This document shows, one piece after another, positions 25,672-36,443 of a stretch of 64,000 nucleotides of DNA. Under the pieces are notes generated by a model. It saw nothing but the letters and a program-made list of their open reading frames with translations. It was not told the origin of the DNA and did no database searches. Both the position numbers and the translations under genes were made by a program. This DNA is from Octopus vulgaris (Eukaryota). The stretch covers positions 40,796,001 to 40,860,000 of the forward strand of contig OX597817.1 of assembly GCA_951406725.2 (NCBI GenBank). Reading direction: 5' to 3'. How positions within the stretch are numbered: position 1 is the stretch's first letter; each line of letters opens with the position of its first letter.

Positions 25672-26183
25672 CCGTTAATCCTCGAGTATAATCCGCATTT
25701 TTTTCCCAAAATTTAAAGGTCAAAATACTTAGTGCGTACTATATACAAGGTTAAAAATGAAAATTATTTACTAATCAATGTCTGAGACTCTACTTGCTGT
25801 CCGGCAATGTTTATTCAGATGCATTTTGTGATGGCGGGAGCAAAAATACCTTAAGCTTAAGCCTGAAAGCAATGAAGTCATAAAAGAATCATCCATAACT
25901 TGCAGTAAGCAACATTTATTAAACGTTATTTCTGTTATTTCTTTATTTTCTGCAAACAAAATGCACAAAAAAGCTACATTTTTGCGTTATGTTATATATA
26001 CAATAATAATAAAGTACGTTACCCTATATATTTTTACAAACCAAGGACGTTATATAGACCTAATTGACTCAAGTTAGAGAAGGGGTGCGTATTATACACA
26101 AGGTTTAGGTTATTCAGAGTTACAGCCCCCTAAAAATCCCCTGCGTATTATACTCAAGGGCGGATATACTCAAGGATTTACGG
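25672..26183. mobile_element. Tc1/mariner (pogo/Tigger-like) MITE
   Basis: TA-CCGTTAATCCTCGAGTATA ... TATACTCAAGGATTTACGG-TA: TIRs with TA TSD. Confidence 0.85.
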
Positions 26184-26336
26184 TACTTCTAGCAGATTGA
26201 CTAACCATATAGAAGTTCTTTTGCTGGCTTGTCTTATGGACCAGTTATATGCATGAGTTAAATCAAATGACTCTACACTTTCTATGAGTATACTACATTA
26301 GACCTGAGTAAAAAATTATCACTGCAGATATTGAAT

Positions 26337-26826
26337 TTAACTTCTCTGATACCAACCCATCAGAGAGCCCATGGTTTCATGATAAAGACCTGTTTTTATG
26401 TGAATATGTTTAAATTTTATAATTTCCTATCATAATTTTATATCTTCTCTGATACCAACCCATCAGAGAGCCCTTGGTTTCATGATAAAAACCTTATGTT
26501 TTTATGTGCTTATGTTTAAATTAAAAATTTCCTATCATAATTTTACATCAAAACCATTCATTTAATTATGCTCCAACCATCACTTCATCAATGAAGTACT
26601 TAGGTATTTTATTATATGTCACCAAATGTTTCACCTTTTTTATACCAATCCACCCTTTGTTCCATGCAATTTAAATTAAAACCTACCATCAAAATTTCAT
26701 GTTAATCTATGTTCCAAACACCAGCTTAATAATGACAAAGGTATTTTATTAAATTTTCAATTATTTAAAAAAATTTTTAAACGAAGGTCATGTATTCCAT
26801 TAAAAATATGGTAAGAAAAGGGTTAA
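26337..26826. mobile_element. piggyBac-like MITE with internal ~103-bp tandem duplication
   Basis: Right end GGTAAGAAAAGGG-TTAA; CTTCTCTGATACCAACCCATCAGAGAGCCC at 26341 and 26444; related to 58770-58991. Confidence 0.6.
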
Positions 26827-26861
26827 TTATCTTCTCAATAAATTTGAACACAGTCACTATA

Positions 26862-27100
26862 TTTCTATTTCTTTACTACCCACAAGGGGCTAAACACAGA
26901 GAGGACAATCAAGGACAGACAAACGGATTAAGTTGATTATATCAACCCCAGTGAGTAACTGGTACTTAATTTATCGACCCCGAAAGGATGAAAGGCATAG
27001 TCGACCTCGGCGGAATTTGAACTCAGAACATAATGGCAGACGAAATACGGCTATGCATTTCACCCAGCATGCTAACGTTTCTGCCAGCTTGCCGCCTTGT
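26862..27100 (-). mobile_element. SINE family B, young copy with a Tx1-like 3' tail
   Basis: Head GGCGGCAAGCTGGCAGAAACGTTAGCA...GAGTTCAAATTCC (B-box); tail AGCCCCTTGTGGGTAGTAAAGAAATAGAAAT. Confidence 0.85.
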
Positions 27101-27706
27101 CACTATATTTCATTAGAAATGTCATTGTAAAGAAGTTAATGAACAAGTTTATGCACAATACTTGTATAGATTCTTGTTGGTTCATGTAATAGAAACAGCA
27201 ATAAACCTCTATTTTCTTGACATGAAATAGAGAGAGAAAAGTTCAATTCTAAACTGTCTACAGTTTGTTATTTATTACTAGAAATGGTTTTATTTTAGTA
27301 TATATATATTTGGTTCATTTCTATGTTGTGACAGATTTTATTATGTTTAAGAAATAAATTTTATAGATCCAGAACAATAAATAAAACAAACCTGTTTGTT
27401 CACAGGGAAAAGCTATGTTTTGTATATAGAACACAATAAAATATTGGTTTGAAGCTGATCGAAAATATGCAAAAAACAAATTACAGCTTTTGGGTTTGCT
27501 GGACTATAGACTATTTAGCATTTAAACCATAACTGGCCCAACTATTCTATATGTTTTATACTAAAATTGACCAGATCCAACCTCTCACACCTACTCTGCA
27601 ATGACAAACTAAAAATATACAATCACATCATCGGAATATTGAAGCTACAAAATAATGCATGATCGATTCAAAACAATGTAAATTAGTAAGCATTACATTT
27701 GACAAA

Positions 27707-28089
27707 GGTGCATGGCTCAGTGGTTAGAGCATCGAGCTTACAATCATGAGGTTGTGAGCTCGAATCCCAGACCAGGCTGTGTGTTATGTTCTTGAGCAAG
27801 ACACTTTATTTCACATTGCTCCAATTCACTCAGCTGTAGAAATGAGTTGTGACATCACAGGTGCCAAGCTGTGTCAGCCTTCGCCTTTCTTTTGGAAAAC
27901 ACTGGTGGCGTGGAGAGGAGAGGCTGGTATGCATGGGCAACTGCTGGCCTTTCCCTTGGATATAACACTGGTGGCATGGAGAGGGGAGACCAGTATGTAT
28001 GGGTGACTGCTGGCCTTTCATAAACAACCTTGCCCGGACTTGTGCCTGGGAGGGTAACTTTCTAGGTGCAATCCCATGGGGGTCTCAGG
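27707..28089 (+). mobile_element. tRNA-derived SINE with 12-bp TSD, nested in an older MITE (~27512-28123)
   Basis: A-box TGGCTCAGTGG, B-box-like GCTCGAATCC; CATTTGACAAAG at 27696-27707 and 28090-28101; host ends TTTAGCATT / AATGCTAAAGGATTAA. Confidence 0.88.
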
Positions 28090-29161
28090 CATTTGACAAA
28101 GTAATCTGAATGCTAAAGGATTAAATAGCCATTGTCATGAATAGTTGTTTATCATTCAAGACAATATACTTTGGTTTAAATAATTAGCTTCTCTCAATAA
28201 ATTGGATCGATTCAAGTTTATGTGGTGGGAAAGCTGAAATGGTAAATGAAAGAGTGCCAGGCTAAATACCTTTTATTCTAAGTTCAAATCCGTTCGAAAA
28301 TAACTTTGTTTTCGTTTCTGCAAAAACAGGAAACTACTGCAAAAAATGCCTTTCATGCTGGCATGGGTTGGGCAGTTTGACATTAGGTGGCAAGCTGGAG
28401 AACTGCACCAAGCATCACAGTCTGTTTCGGCATGGTTTTTATGGCTGGATGCCCTTCCTAATGACAGCATATATGTATATACACTCATACATGCACGTAT
28501 ACATCATGTGCATTTATCTACCATATGCCCGGCATGCTTTCTATCCTTTACCTTTCCTGGTTTTCGGTAGTTGCTAAACCAACAGCTTAAGATAGCTCAT
28601 CAATAACATTTTCCATGTTAACCTTCTGCTAGGCTTGAAGGAATCAAATGGATTTAGGTTTAAGAAAGTATTACTTCAAATAATAAATCATACTCACACA
28701 CACATGTGTGTACATATATATGTGGATTAGATTAGACAAGCTTCATAGAATAGCCTGTCTGTTCTCTCCTTGATAATTCACTGAGTGGAGTAATACTTTC
28801 TTAAGTCTAAATCTATTTGATTGCTTCAGGCCTAGCAGATGGTTAACATTGTAAATGAGATATATCACTGAGGTGTCTTAGGCCTTTTATTTAACAATAA
28901 CTCAAAACTAGTAAAGGAAGAGTTAGAAAAGCATGCTATGTGTCTGCCAGATAAATGCACATGGTATATATGTACACGCATACACACACACACATATACA
29001 TCCATAAAAAGTATCTGTCTATTTAACAGCAATGCATATGAACACTATTATATACTAGAAGATGATCCATGAGCCCAACAAGTGAACTTCTACATGGTTA
29101 CTCAAACTGCTAGAAATAGCAGCCAAATTTAGACAAATTACATTGTACCTTTGTTTAAAAA

Positions 29162-29412
29162 CGCTGGTGGCACGTAAAAAGCACCAACCGATCGTGGCCG
29201 TTTGCCAGCCTCCCCTGACACCTGTGCCGGTGGCATGTAAAAAGCACCCACTACACTCACAGAGTGGTCGGTGTTAGGAAACATCCAGCTGTAGAAACAC
29301 TGCCAGATCAGACTGGAGCCTGGTGCAGCCTCCTGGCTTCCCAGACCCTGGTCAAACCATCCAACCCGTGCTAGCACGGAAAACGGACGTTAAACGATGA
29401 TGATGATGATGA
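29162..29412 (+). mobile_element. RTE 3' tail fragment
   Basis: Same tail family, (GAT)n end. Confidence 0.88.
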
Positions 29413-29886
29413 AAATATGGAAGTATCGTTAGTATACCAATGAAATTGCCTGACAGTATTTCATCTGTCTTTATGTTTTGAGTTCAAATTCTGCCATGGT
29501 CAACTTTGCCTCTCATGAAATAAGTACCTTTTGAACACTGGGGGTCAACTTACACCCTCCCCTTGAAATTTCTGGCCTTATGTCAAAATTGGCAAAACCA
29601 ATATTGGAACTAATTAGGCCAGTGAATAAAGAAAATTGGTAGGGTGGTGGGAAAAGAATGCCCTATTATATTTTGTTATGCCTCTTTATGTGATTTTAAA
29701 TCCCAACAAGATCCACTTTTTCATTCAACCTTCAGGATCAATGAAATAAATATTTGTCACACCTTGGATCAACATAATTGAAGATACCACTCCATGACCT
29801 AATTTGAGGTATTGTGCCTTTGTTAGAAATCAATACAAGGTTCAATTAGCCTTGTTCGGGAAAAAAAGATCATAGGGTTTCAGCTC

Positions 29887-29972
29887 TTATGGGCAGTCCA
29901 CCTTTGCATATAGGTATCCAGTGGGGTTTTCTTGAGACACTTTTTTGGAACAGTATAATGCATTTTATTTAC
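29887..29972 (-). pseudogene. Candidate terminal exon of an unidentified gene, with a probable frameshift in an A-run
   Basis: Acceptor TATTTTCTGTATTTGTAG. Reads VNKMHYTVPK; with one extra A it continues KVSQENPTGYLYAKVDCP*. Confidence 0.45.
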
Positions 29973-31422
29973 CTACAAATACAGAAAATACAATGAAATG
30001 TTCAATTCAGAATGCTAGTTTTCCAACAAGCTCTCTGTTGTCTGGCTTTAATTTCCTGTGGTTCTGATCCACTTAGAATCATTAATATTGAGGCTGCACA
30101 AGAACCTTTGTCATGCATGTCATGCAGCTGCATGACATGCTAGAAATAACAGCCAAATCTCTCTCAAATCATACATTATCTTTTAAAATTAAAAGAAATT
30201 AAAAGAAATTAATTAAAAGAAACACATAAGGGTCATAATCATGCATAAGTGACTGAAATCATACCACTCCCTTGAACAAAATGCCAGTCCTTAACAGAGT
30301 TACTCATTTACAGCTGCGTGGACTGGAGCAACATGAAATGAAGTGTTTTGCTCAAGAACACAACACAGTTTCGTCTGGGAAGTGAAGCCACAATTTTGTG
30401 ATCACGAGTACAACCACTAGGCCACACACTCCCCCCCAGTCTCAGAGGCCCTAACAGAATAAATTATCATGAGAGATATCCTTTATTTTTTTATTAAAAG
30501 GTAAAAAGAAGACCCTGAGAAAATATATAAACTAGCCACAATGTTCTCTAAACAACACAGTATCGTTAACCAATGTGTAGAGAAATGTATTGAACCGATT
30601 TTTGCAGTCTTTATGTTGAAAATGATTTTCATCTTTAGGCCAGGAGACTAAGGCACATAGCTTAATAGTTTGGGTGTTGCATTCATGATCATAAAATCAT
30701 GTTTCGATTCCTAGATAGGGCAGTGTATTGTCTTCTTGAATAAAACATTCCATTTTACATTGCTCCAGTGGTAAATTGTTCCAGCTGTAAATGAGTTCCA
30801 GCGATAGGTGGATGTTAACTCTGCAATGGACCTGTGCCCCAATCAATAGAGGTGGGGGTACTGTAATCTCAATCACTTATGCTCCATAGAAACCAGGTTA
30901 AAGCTCCTGCATTACGTGTCCAAGAGCCCATAAAAGACCTTTGCTGTGATAACCCTAAGTCATGAGAGAAGGCAGTGCTTACGATCTGCTAGAGAGCCTC
31001 TGATATTGGTAGTATGGAGGGAGGGAAGTAGGAAAGTATCCTCAAAGTGGAAACCTGCCCAAATGCTTGCAGCAGAATGGACTTCACTAAAGGTGTCAGA
31101 TGCCAATGTTAAACTGGGTGATGGGTAGGCTATGGTGATATTTGAACTCAGAACACAAAGAAGTGAAACAAATATTACAGAGCATATGGTCCAGCATTCT
31201 TACACTTCTTCTAACCCACCACTTTGGATTGGTAATTTTTTTTATCAACCCTGAAAGGATAAGGGGCAAAGTTGACCTTAATTGAATTTAAACTCAGAGC
31301 ACAGAGAGCCCGAACAAATATCATGAAACAGTCAGTCTGACATTTTTATGATTCTACCAAAGAAGGAGAGAGAGAAAGAGGAGGAGAGCGATATTAGTGT
31401 TGAGAAAGTAGTAAAGATTCAC

Positions 31423-31570
31423 CTTCCATTATACTGGCATTGGTTTTTTCATGGCTGTAGTGTTTATCAAGTTGGAATTCATACACCAAGGAAGTAAAGT
31501 GCTCAGAGACAGTGAGACCTTTCTCTTCAAAATCACTCTCAGCCTGGGCATCATCCATGAAAGGTGGAAC
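31423..31570 (-). pseudogene. Candidate internal exon (148 bp) of an unidentified gene
   Basis: Acceptor TTTATTTCTTGTAG, donor AAG/GTGAAT. Only one frame is open: VPPFMDDAQAESDFEEKGLTVSEHFTSLVYEFQLDKHYSHEKTNASIME. Confidence 0.6.
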
Positions 31571-31864
31571 CTACAAGAAATAAATACTTGTTTGTCAGAT
31601 ATTTGTGGCTGCTGCTGTTGTTGTTCTTTTTGTTGATTGGCCCTGGGTCAGGCCTGATTGATTAGACCTATGTTCTGATTGAGATACCATCCCGTGTGAG
31701 TTCTGCCCATGACTCTTTCACCAATAACTTGGACTACAAAGTCACTTTCAGCACAAACATCAGCCAAGGAGACTGGATAGAAACTGACAAACCTAATGCT
31801 GGAGCCAATGATGTTTTGATTAAAAGTATTTCTGGTTTGATCATCTCTTCTACACTACATTATT

Positions 31865-32006
31865 TACATTATTTACATTTGACGGATATTTGTCCTCATC
31901 TTGTTTGTTGTTAACACAGAAGTGTGGACTTTTGTGGATAAGTCCACACTTCTATGTTAACAACAAACAAGATGAGGACAAATATCCATCAAAGGTAAAT
32001 AGTGTA
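31865..32006. repeat. Near-perfect palindrome: 67-bp arms, 8-nt loop
   Basis: 31865-31931 is the reverse complement of 31940-32006 with about 4 mismatches. Confidence 0.92.
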
Positions 32007-32212
32007 CATAATTCCTCATCTCTTAAATATACAACTGTGTTATCTACACTATTTTGCAGATATAATACATCTAGGGTCACATGATCCAGTTTTCTTTCTT
32101 CTCTTTAACATGTCAGGGTGTGATTTGAAATAAATTTAGCTGCTATTTCTAGCCCATTAAGTGACTATGTAGAGGCTCCAATTCAATGACAGATCCTCCA
32201 TGCAATTGTTTG

Positions 32213-32518
32213 TTTGTTTGTTCCTTCTCGAGCCATGCCTGGCTCATAAGGGCTGGATTCCCAGTTTTCTTGGTGTATAGGTTCCCCACCTGGATGGGAT
32301 GCTGGTCCGTCGCAGGTAAGCTGTAGGATGCAGGAGGAAAGAGTGAGAAAAAGTTGTGGTGAAAGAGCCAACAGAAGTTCGCCATTACCTTCTGCTGGAG
32401 CTGTGTGGAGCTTTGGTGTTTTGCTCATAAACATACACATCGCCCGGTCTGAGATTCGAACCCGTGATCCCTCGACCACAAGTCCGCTGCTCTAACCACT
32501 AGGCCATGTACCTCCAAT
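32213..32518 (-). mobile_element. tRNA-derived SINE with (AAAC)n tail and 12-bp TSD
   Basis: TGGCCTAGTGGTTAGAGC A-box, GGTTCGAATC B-box; TGCAATTGTTTG at 32201-32212 and 32519-32530. Confidence 0.88.
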
Positions 32519-32971
32519 TGCAATTGTTTGGACAACTTGAAATAGAGAACAGATTTCCCTCAAATAACATTTGGGAACAAAGAACATATTGGACAATGTA
32601 CTCCAATATATTTCAATATAAGGGGTCGCAGATGAAATGTTGCCAATCTTAGTCTGCTTCATCAGGGTTGATCTATAATAATAATAATAATCAATTCTTT
32701 TTTATTGGCCACAAGGGCTGACACGCATGATTACATAAAGGGACAAGACAGGACGAAAGGTTACAAAGGGTTTTGTCCGTTTGTTAAAAAATCCGTGTAA
32801 AAAACTTTAAAACAATGATTATTAAAACAATGAAAAACTCCCAAAAGGGGGAGACGTCTCGAAAAGTTCCTGGTGGAAAAAACTCTACAAAAGCCAACGG
32901 GAGCCTGGTCAAAAAAAGGGGGTGTAGAGAGTCCCCTTTCTTCTCCTTTTACATTACCTTTTTCTTTGAAA

Positions 32972-35900
32972 TCACAGGCGAAACCTGAGAACTGGTCCAT
33001 TTATACAGGCCAGTCTCGCACAATTCACCCACCTTTCATAAAACTTGCTATCGGACAGCACTTTCCTCTCTAACCTCATCTTCCTTTTCAAGTGAAACTT
33101 GAAAAAGTTGATGAGGCCTTGACCAAAGAGGAAAGTGTCTGACTTTAGCCCTTTCAAACGAGTCCACCACACAACTTCTTTCGCCACAGCCACAAGGCAC
33201 AAGAAAACGGCCTCGCCCTCCTTGTTAAAGGAGGTCGGCGGGGCAATCTTCACTATGGATTCGGCCGATAGTCGGATCCGTCCTACACGTGACAGTAGCT
33301 GTTCGACATAAACCCATATTTCAGCAATACTCGGGCACTGGACGAGTGCGTGCAGAACGGTTTCATCGTCCTGGCAACACCTCGGGCAGGCCCGGCTGAC
33401 GGCACTTCCGTGCCGGTAGAGTTTATCTCGAACAGGCAGAGCCCCTCGGTAGCACTGCCAAGCGAGAGACCTCTGGAAATTATCCATCGGCCCCGGCCCG
33501 AAAGTCCTCCCGAACAGACCGCACAGTTCGTCATCTTCAACGCCTAGAGTTTCCCCGAGAACGTCGTCGCATTTTTCCTCCACTAACCCTCTATAGAACG
33601 CTAGAGTGGAGCTGTAACCGACCGCATTGCCCGCCTGGTGGAGGGCGGAGAGGGCTTGACGGCACTCGAGGTGCCAAGCGCCCTTTCTCGGTCTACGTTT
33701 GATCCAGGTCTGCAGCTCCGTCAAAGAGACGAGCTGCGGAAAATCGCGTCTGACAAAAGACGACCACACCTGTTCACCGTCTAGGAAGCGCTTGAGATGC
33801 CGCAGCCTGAGCGCATGTCTGCGCAACAGCAACCACGGCATTCCAAGGCCTCCGTTCAGCGGTCGTTGACAGCAGATGGATCGCCTGACCAGTGGCACCT
33901 GACCCTTCCACAAAAAGTCGAAGAGCAGACGTACCAGCTTGGCCAACCAGCGGTCGGGACAAGGGACGACGGTCAAGCGGTAATAGATGACGGATGCGAT
34001 GTACGCATTCGCCACCTCCGCTCGACCTTTCAGGGACAGCTTCCTCTCGGCCCATTTCTGGGTGAGACGTGCCACCCTGCTCGTCACCTCTTCCCAGTTC
34101 TTATCCACCTGGAGGTCCGGACCGAACCAGACCCCGAGCAGTTTAACGGGTCCGTCTGTCCAGCGCCCTACGACGCTGTTGAACGGCATGGGCTTGCCTC
34201 TCCAGGTGCCCAGTTGCAAGCCCACAGACTTTTCCGCGTTAATCTTTGCCCCTGTCACCGCTTCGTACTGGTTTAGCGTCTCGCCAATCAGGCCAATGTG
34301 CCTGTGGCTCGACACCACCACGGTGACGTCGTCGGCATAAGCAGACACGCTGTTTCCGCCTCCTAGATCGCGCGGGATACCCCTCAAAGCCTCCAACTTG
34401 CGCAGTAATGGCTCGAGAGTCAAAATGTACAAGAGGGAGGAGAGAGGGCATCCTTGGCGGACCGAACGCGAGATGTCGAACGGTTCCGAAAGGTGACCGT
34501 TCACCCGTATCACTGAGCAGATGTTGCTGTATAAAGCAGCGATCCACCCGCGGAAGACTGGACCGAAGCCGGCTGCCCTGAGGACAGCTGCCAGGTACCG
34601 ATGGTCGACCCTATCGAAGGCTTTACTCTGATCCAAGTTGATCAAAGCCCCACCCGTGCCAGCGTCGTTACCCACCCTCTCTATGATGTAGCGCATGAGA
34701 TGGAGGTTGTCGTGTATCGACCTGGTCGGCACGGCGCATGTCTGCGTCTCGCCGACCAGCTTGTCCACGACAATCGCCAATCTCTTGGCTAGCACCTTGG
34801 CCAAAATCTTCAACTCTGCATTGAGCAGAGTGATGGGCCGGAAATTCCCTATAACGTCCCCCTTGTTTGGGTCCTTCTTTAGCAAAGCCACCACCCCTCG
34901 ACAGACAAAAGCAGGAATTCTCCCGTTTTGCTGCCAGTTGCAGTAGACGTTTGCCAACAGGTCCGCAAACAAGTCTGGCATTGAAAAGTAAAGCTCGTAG
35001 GGCAGACCATCCAAACCCGGCGATCTACCTCTCGTGCAACTCTTCATCGCTTCCTGTACTTCCCAGGCAGATATCGGTCCTTCGCAGCACTCTGCCTCGC
35101 TGTCCGAGAGTTGCGGCAGTCCGTCCAGGTACACACCGAAGTCTGTACCGTTGGTGTCCATTCCACCGCTCGTCCCAAACAGTTGAGCAAAGTGCCGCTG
35201 AAGCACCGTACACATCTGCTTCGGTTGGGTAACCTCGCGCCCGTTCTGGTCCACCAAAGACCGAATGGTTGCTCTGTTGCCTCGCTTCGCCTCCGCCACG
35301 CGGGCCCATCGAGCGCTCTAGTCCCCTCCCCGCTTAGCGAACGTGCCTTAGCTCTGACAACGCAGCCTTCGTGTTTGGCGTCGAAGTGTTGGTCGAGGGC
35401 CAACCTTGCCGCCAACACGTCGGTCGCGATGCCAGTGTCAAGAGCCTCGTCTAGTTTCTTAACTAAATCCCGCTCTCTCTTCCTACGTTCAATAGCTAGA
35501 GTCTTACTATACCTAATCGACTCTACTCTAATTGCTCTTTTGAGGGCAAACCACCAGTTGTTGTTGATGATTGCCCCCGTGAGCGCCCGCTTAACTAGTA
35601 AACTAATCCGGTCTCTGTAAGCTTTGCACGCCGTTAACGACGCGTTCAGCTTCCAGTAGCCGGGTCCCTGTCTATGTAGCCTATCTAAGTCGACCGTACA
35701 GATCACTAATTTGTGGTCCGTATATTCGACTAGGTGGAATTGTGGACACCCTACGCTGTCCTTATCCGCTGGCCTACAAAACACTCTATCTAAGTACGAT
35801 CTAGACGACCCGATGCGGTTTGTCCAAGTCCACATTGGCACATTCGGGTTGTCTAGTCGAAACCTGTCGGACAGCTGAAAGCGGCCGAGTAGGTTGGCGA

Positions 35901-36405
35901 GGCTCTTGCACCCTCCCCCTCTCCTAACAGACGCTCCCCTGCCCACCCGATCGAAACGTTCGTCTAAGACAGCGTTCCAATCCCCAACTAGTACTAGAGT
36001 GCGTGACGTTCCCAGGAAAACTTCCAGACGTTTGAAATAATCCGACTGCCCTGCTCCTGTCGGAGCGTAGGCAGCCAGCAGTCTGAAAGCACCGCCGTCA
36101 CTACCGTCGACGTCGAGGACCACCAACTTACCTTCCGGATCCAAGAAGACTGTCCTTATTTTCAGGTCCAGGCCCTTCCGAAACAACACCGCAGTACCAC
36201 CACCGCCCGCTCCCGGCCGGAACGGAGATAGAAATATCTCGTATCCGCCGAAAAGGGCTGCGAGTTCCTGCGGGTCGGAGAGCCTGGTTTCACTGATGGC
36301 TGCTACATCCACATCATGAAACCTCAGGTCGTTTAACAGGTGACCCTGTTTCCAAGGTGACCCGAGGCCTCTCACATTCAAGCAACCGATTCTAAGATTT
36401 GCCAT
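32972..36405 (-). CDS. Tx1 ORF2: AP endonuclease, reverse transcriptase, C-terminal zinc finger; one frameshift near 35315
   Basis: NVRGL, SET, GDWN, LD, TDH, WKLN; SPGLDG, NFRPITLL, KAFDRV, RQGCPLS, YADD; CPRC..ETVLHALVQC. Two overlapping ORFs (35044-36405 and 32972-35299). Confidence 0.92.
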
Positions 36406-36443
36406 GTCTCAAAGTAGGGGGGAAAAAAAGGAGAAAAAAGGCT

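Noticed and set aside
27707-27780. tRNA genes (also ~32440-32515 and ~58420-58490)
   Set aside because: These are SINE heads: no acceptor stem, followed by SINE bodies; the first two also have TSDs.
33283-35620. Overlapping and antisense ORFs inside Tx1 ORF2
   Set aside because: Shadow ORFs of a GC-rich coding region.
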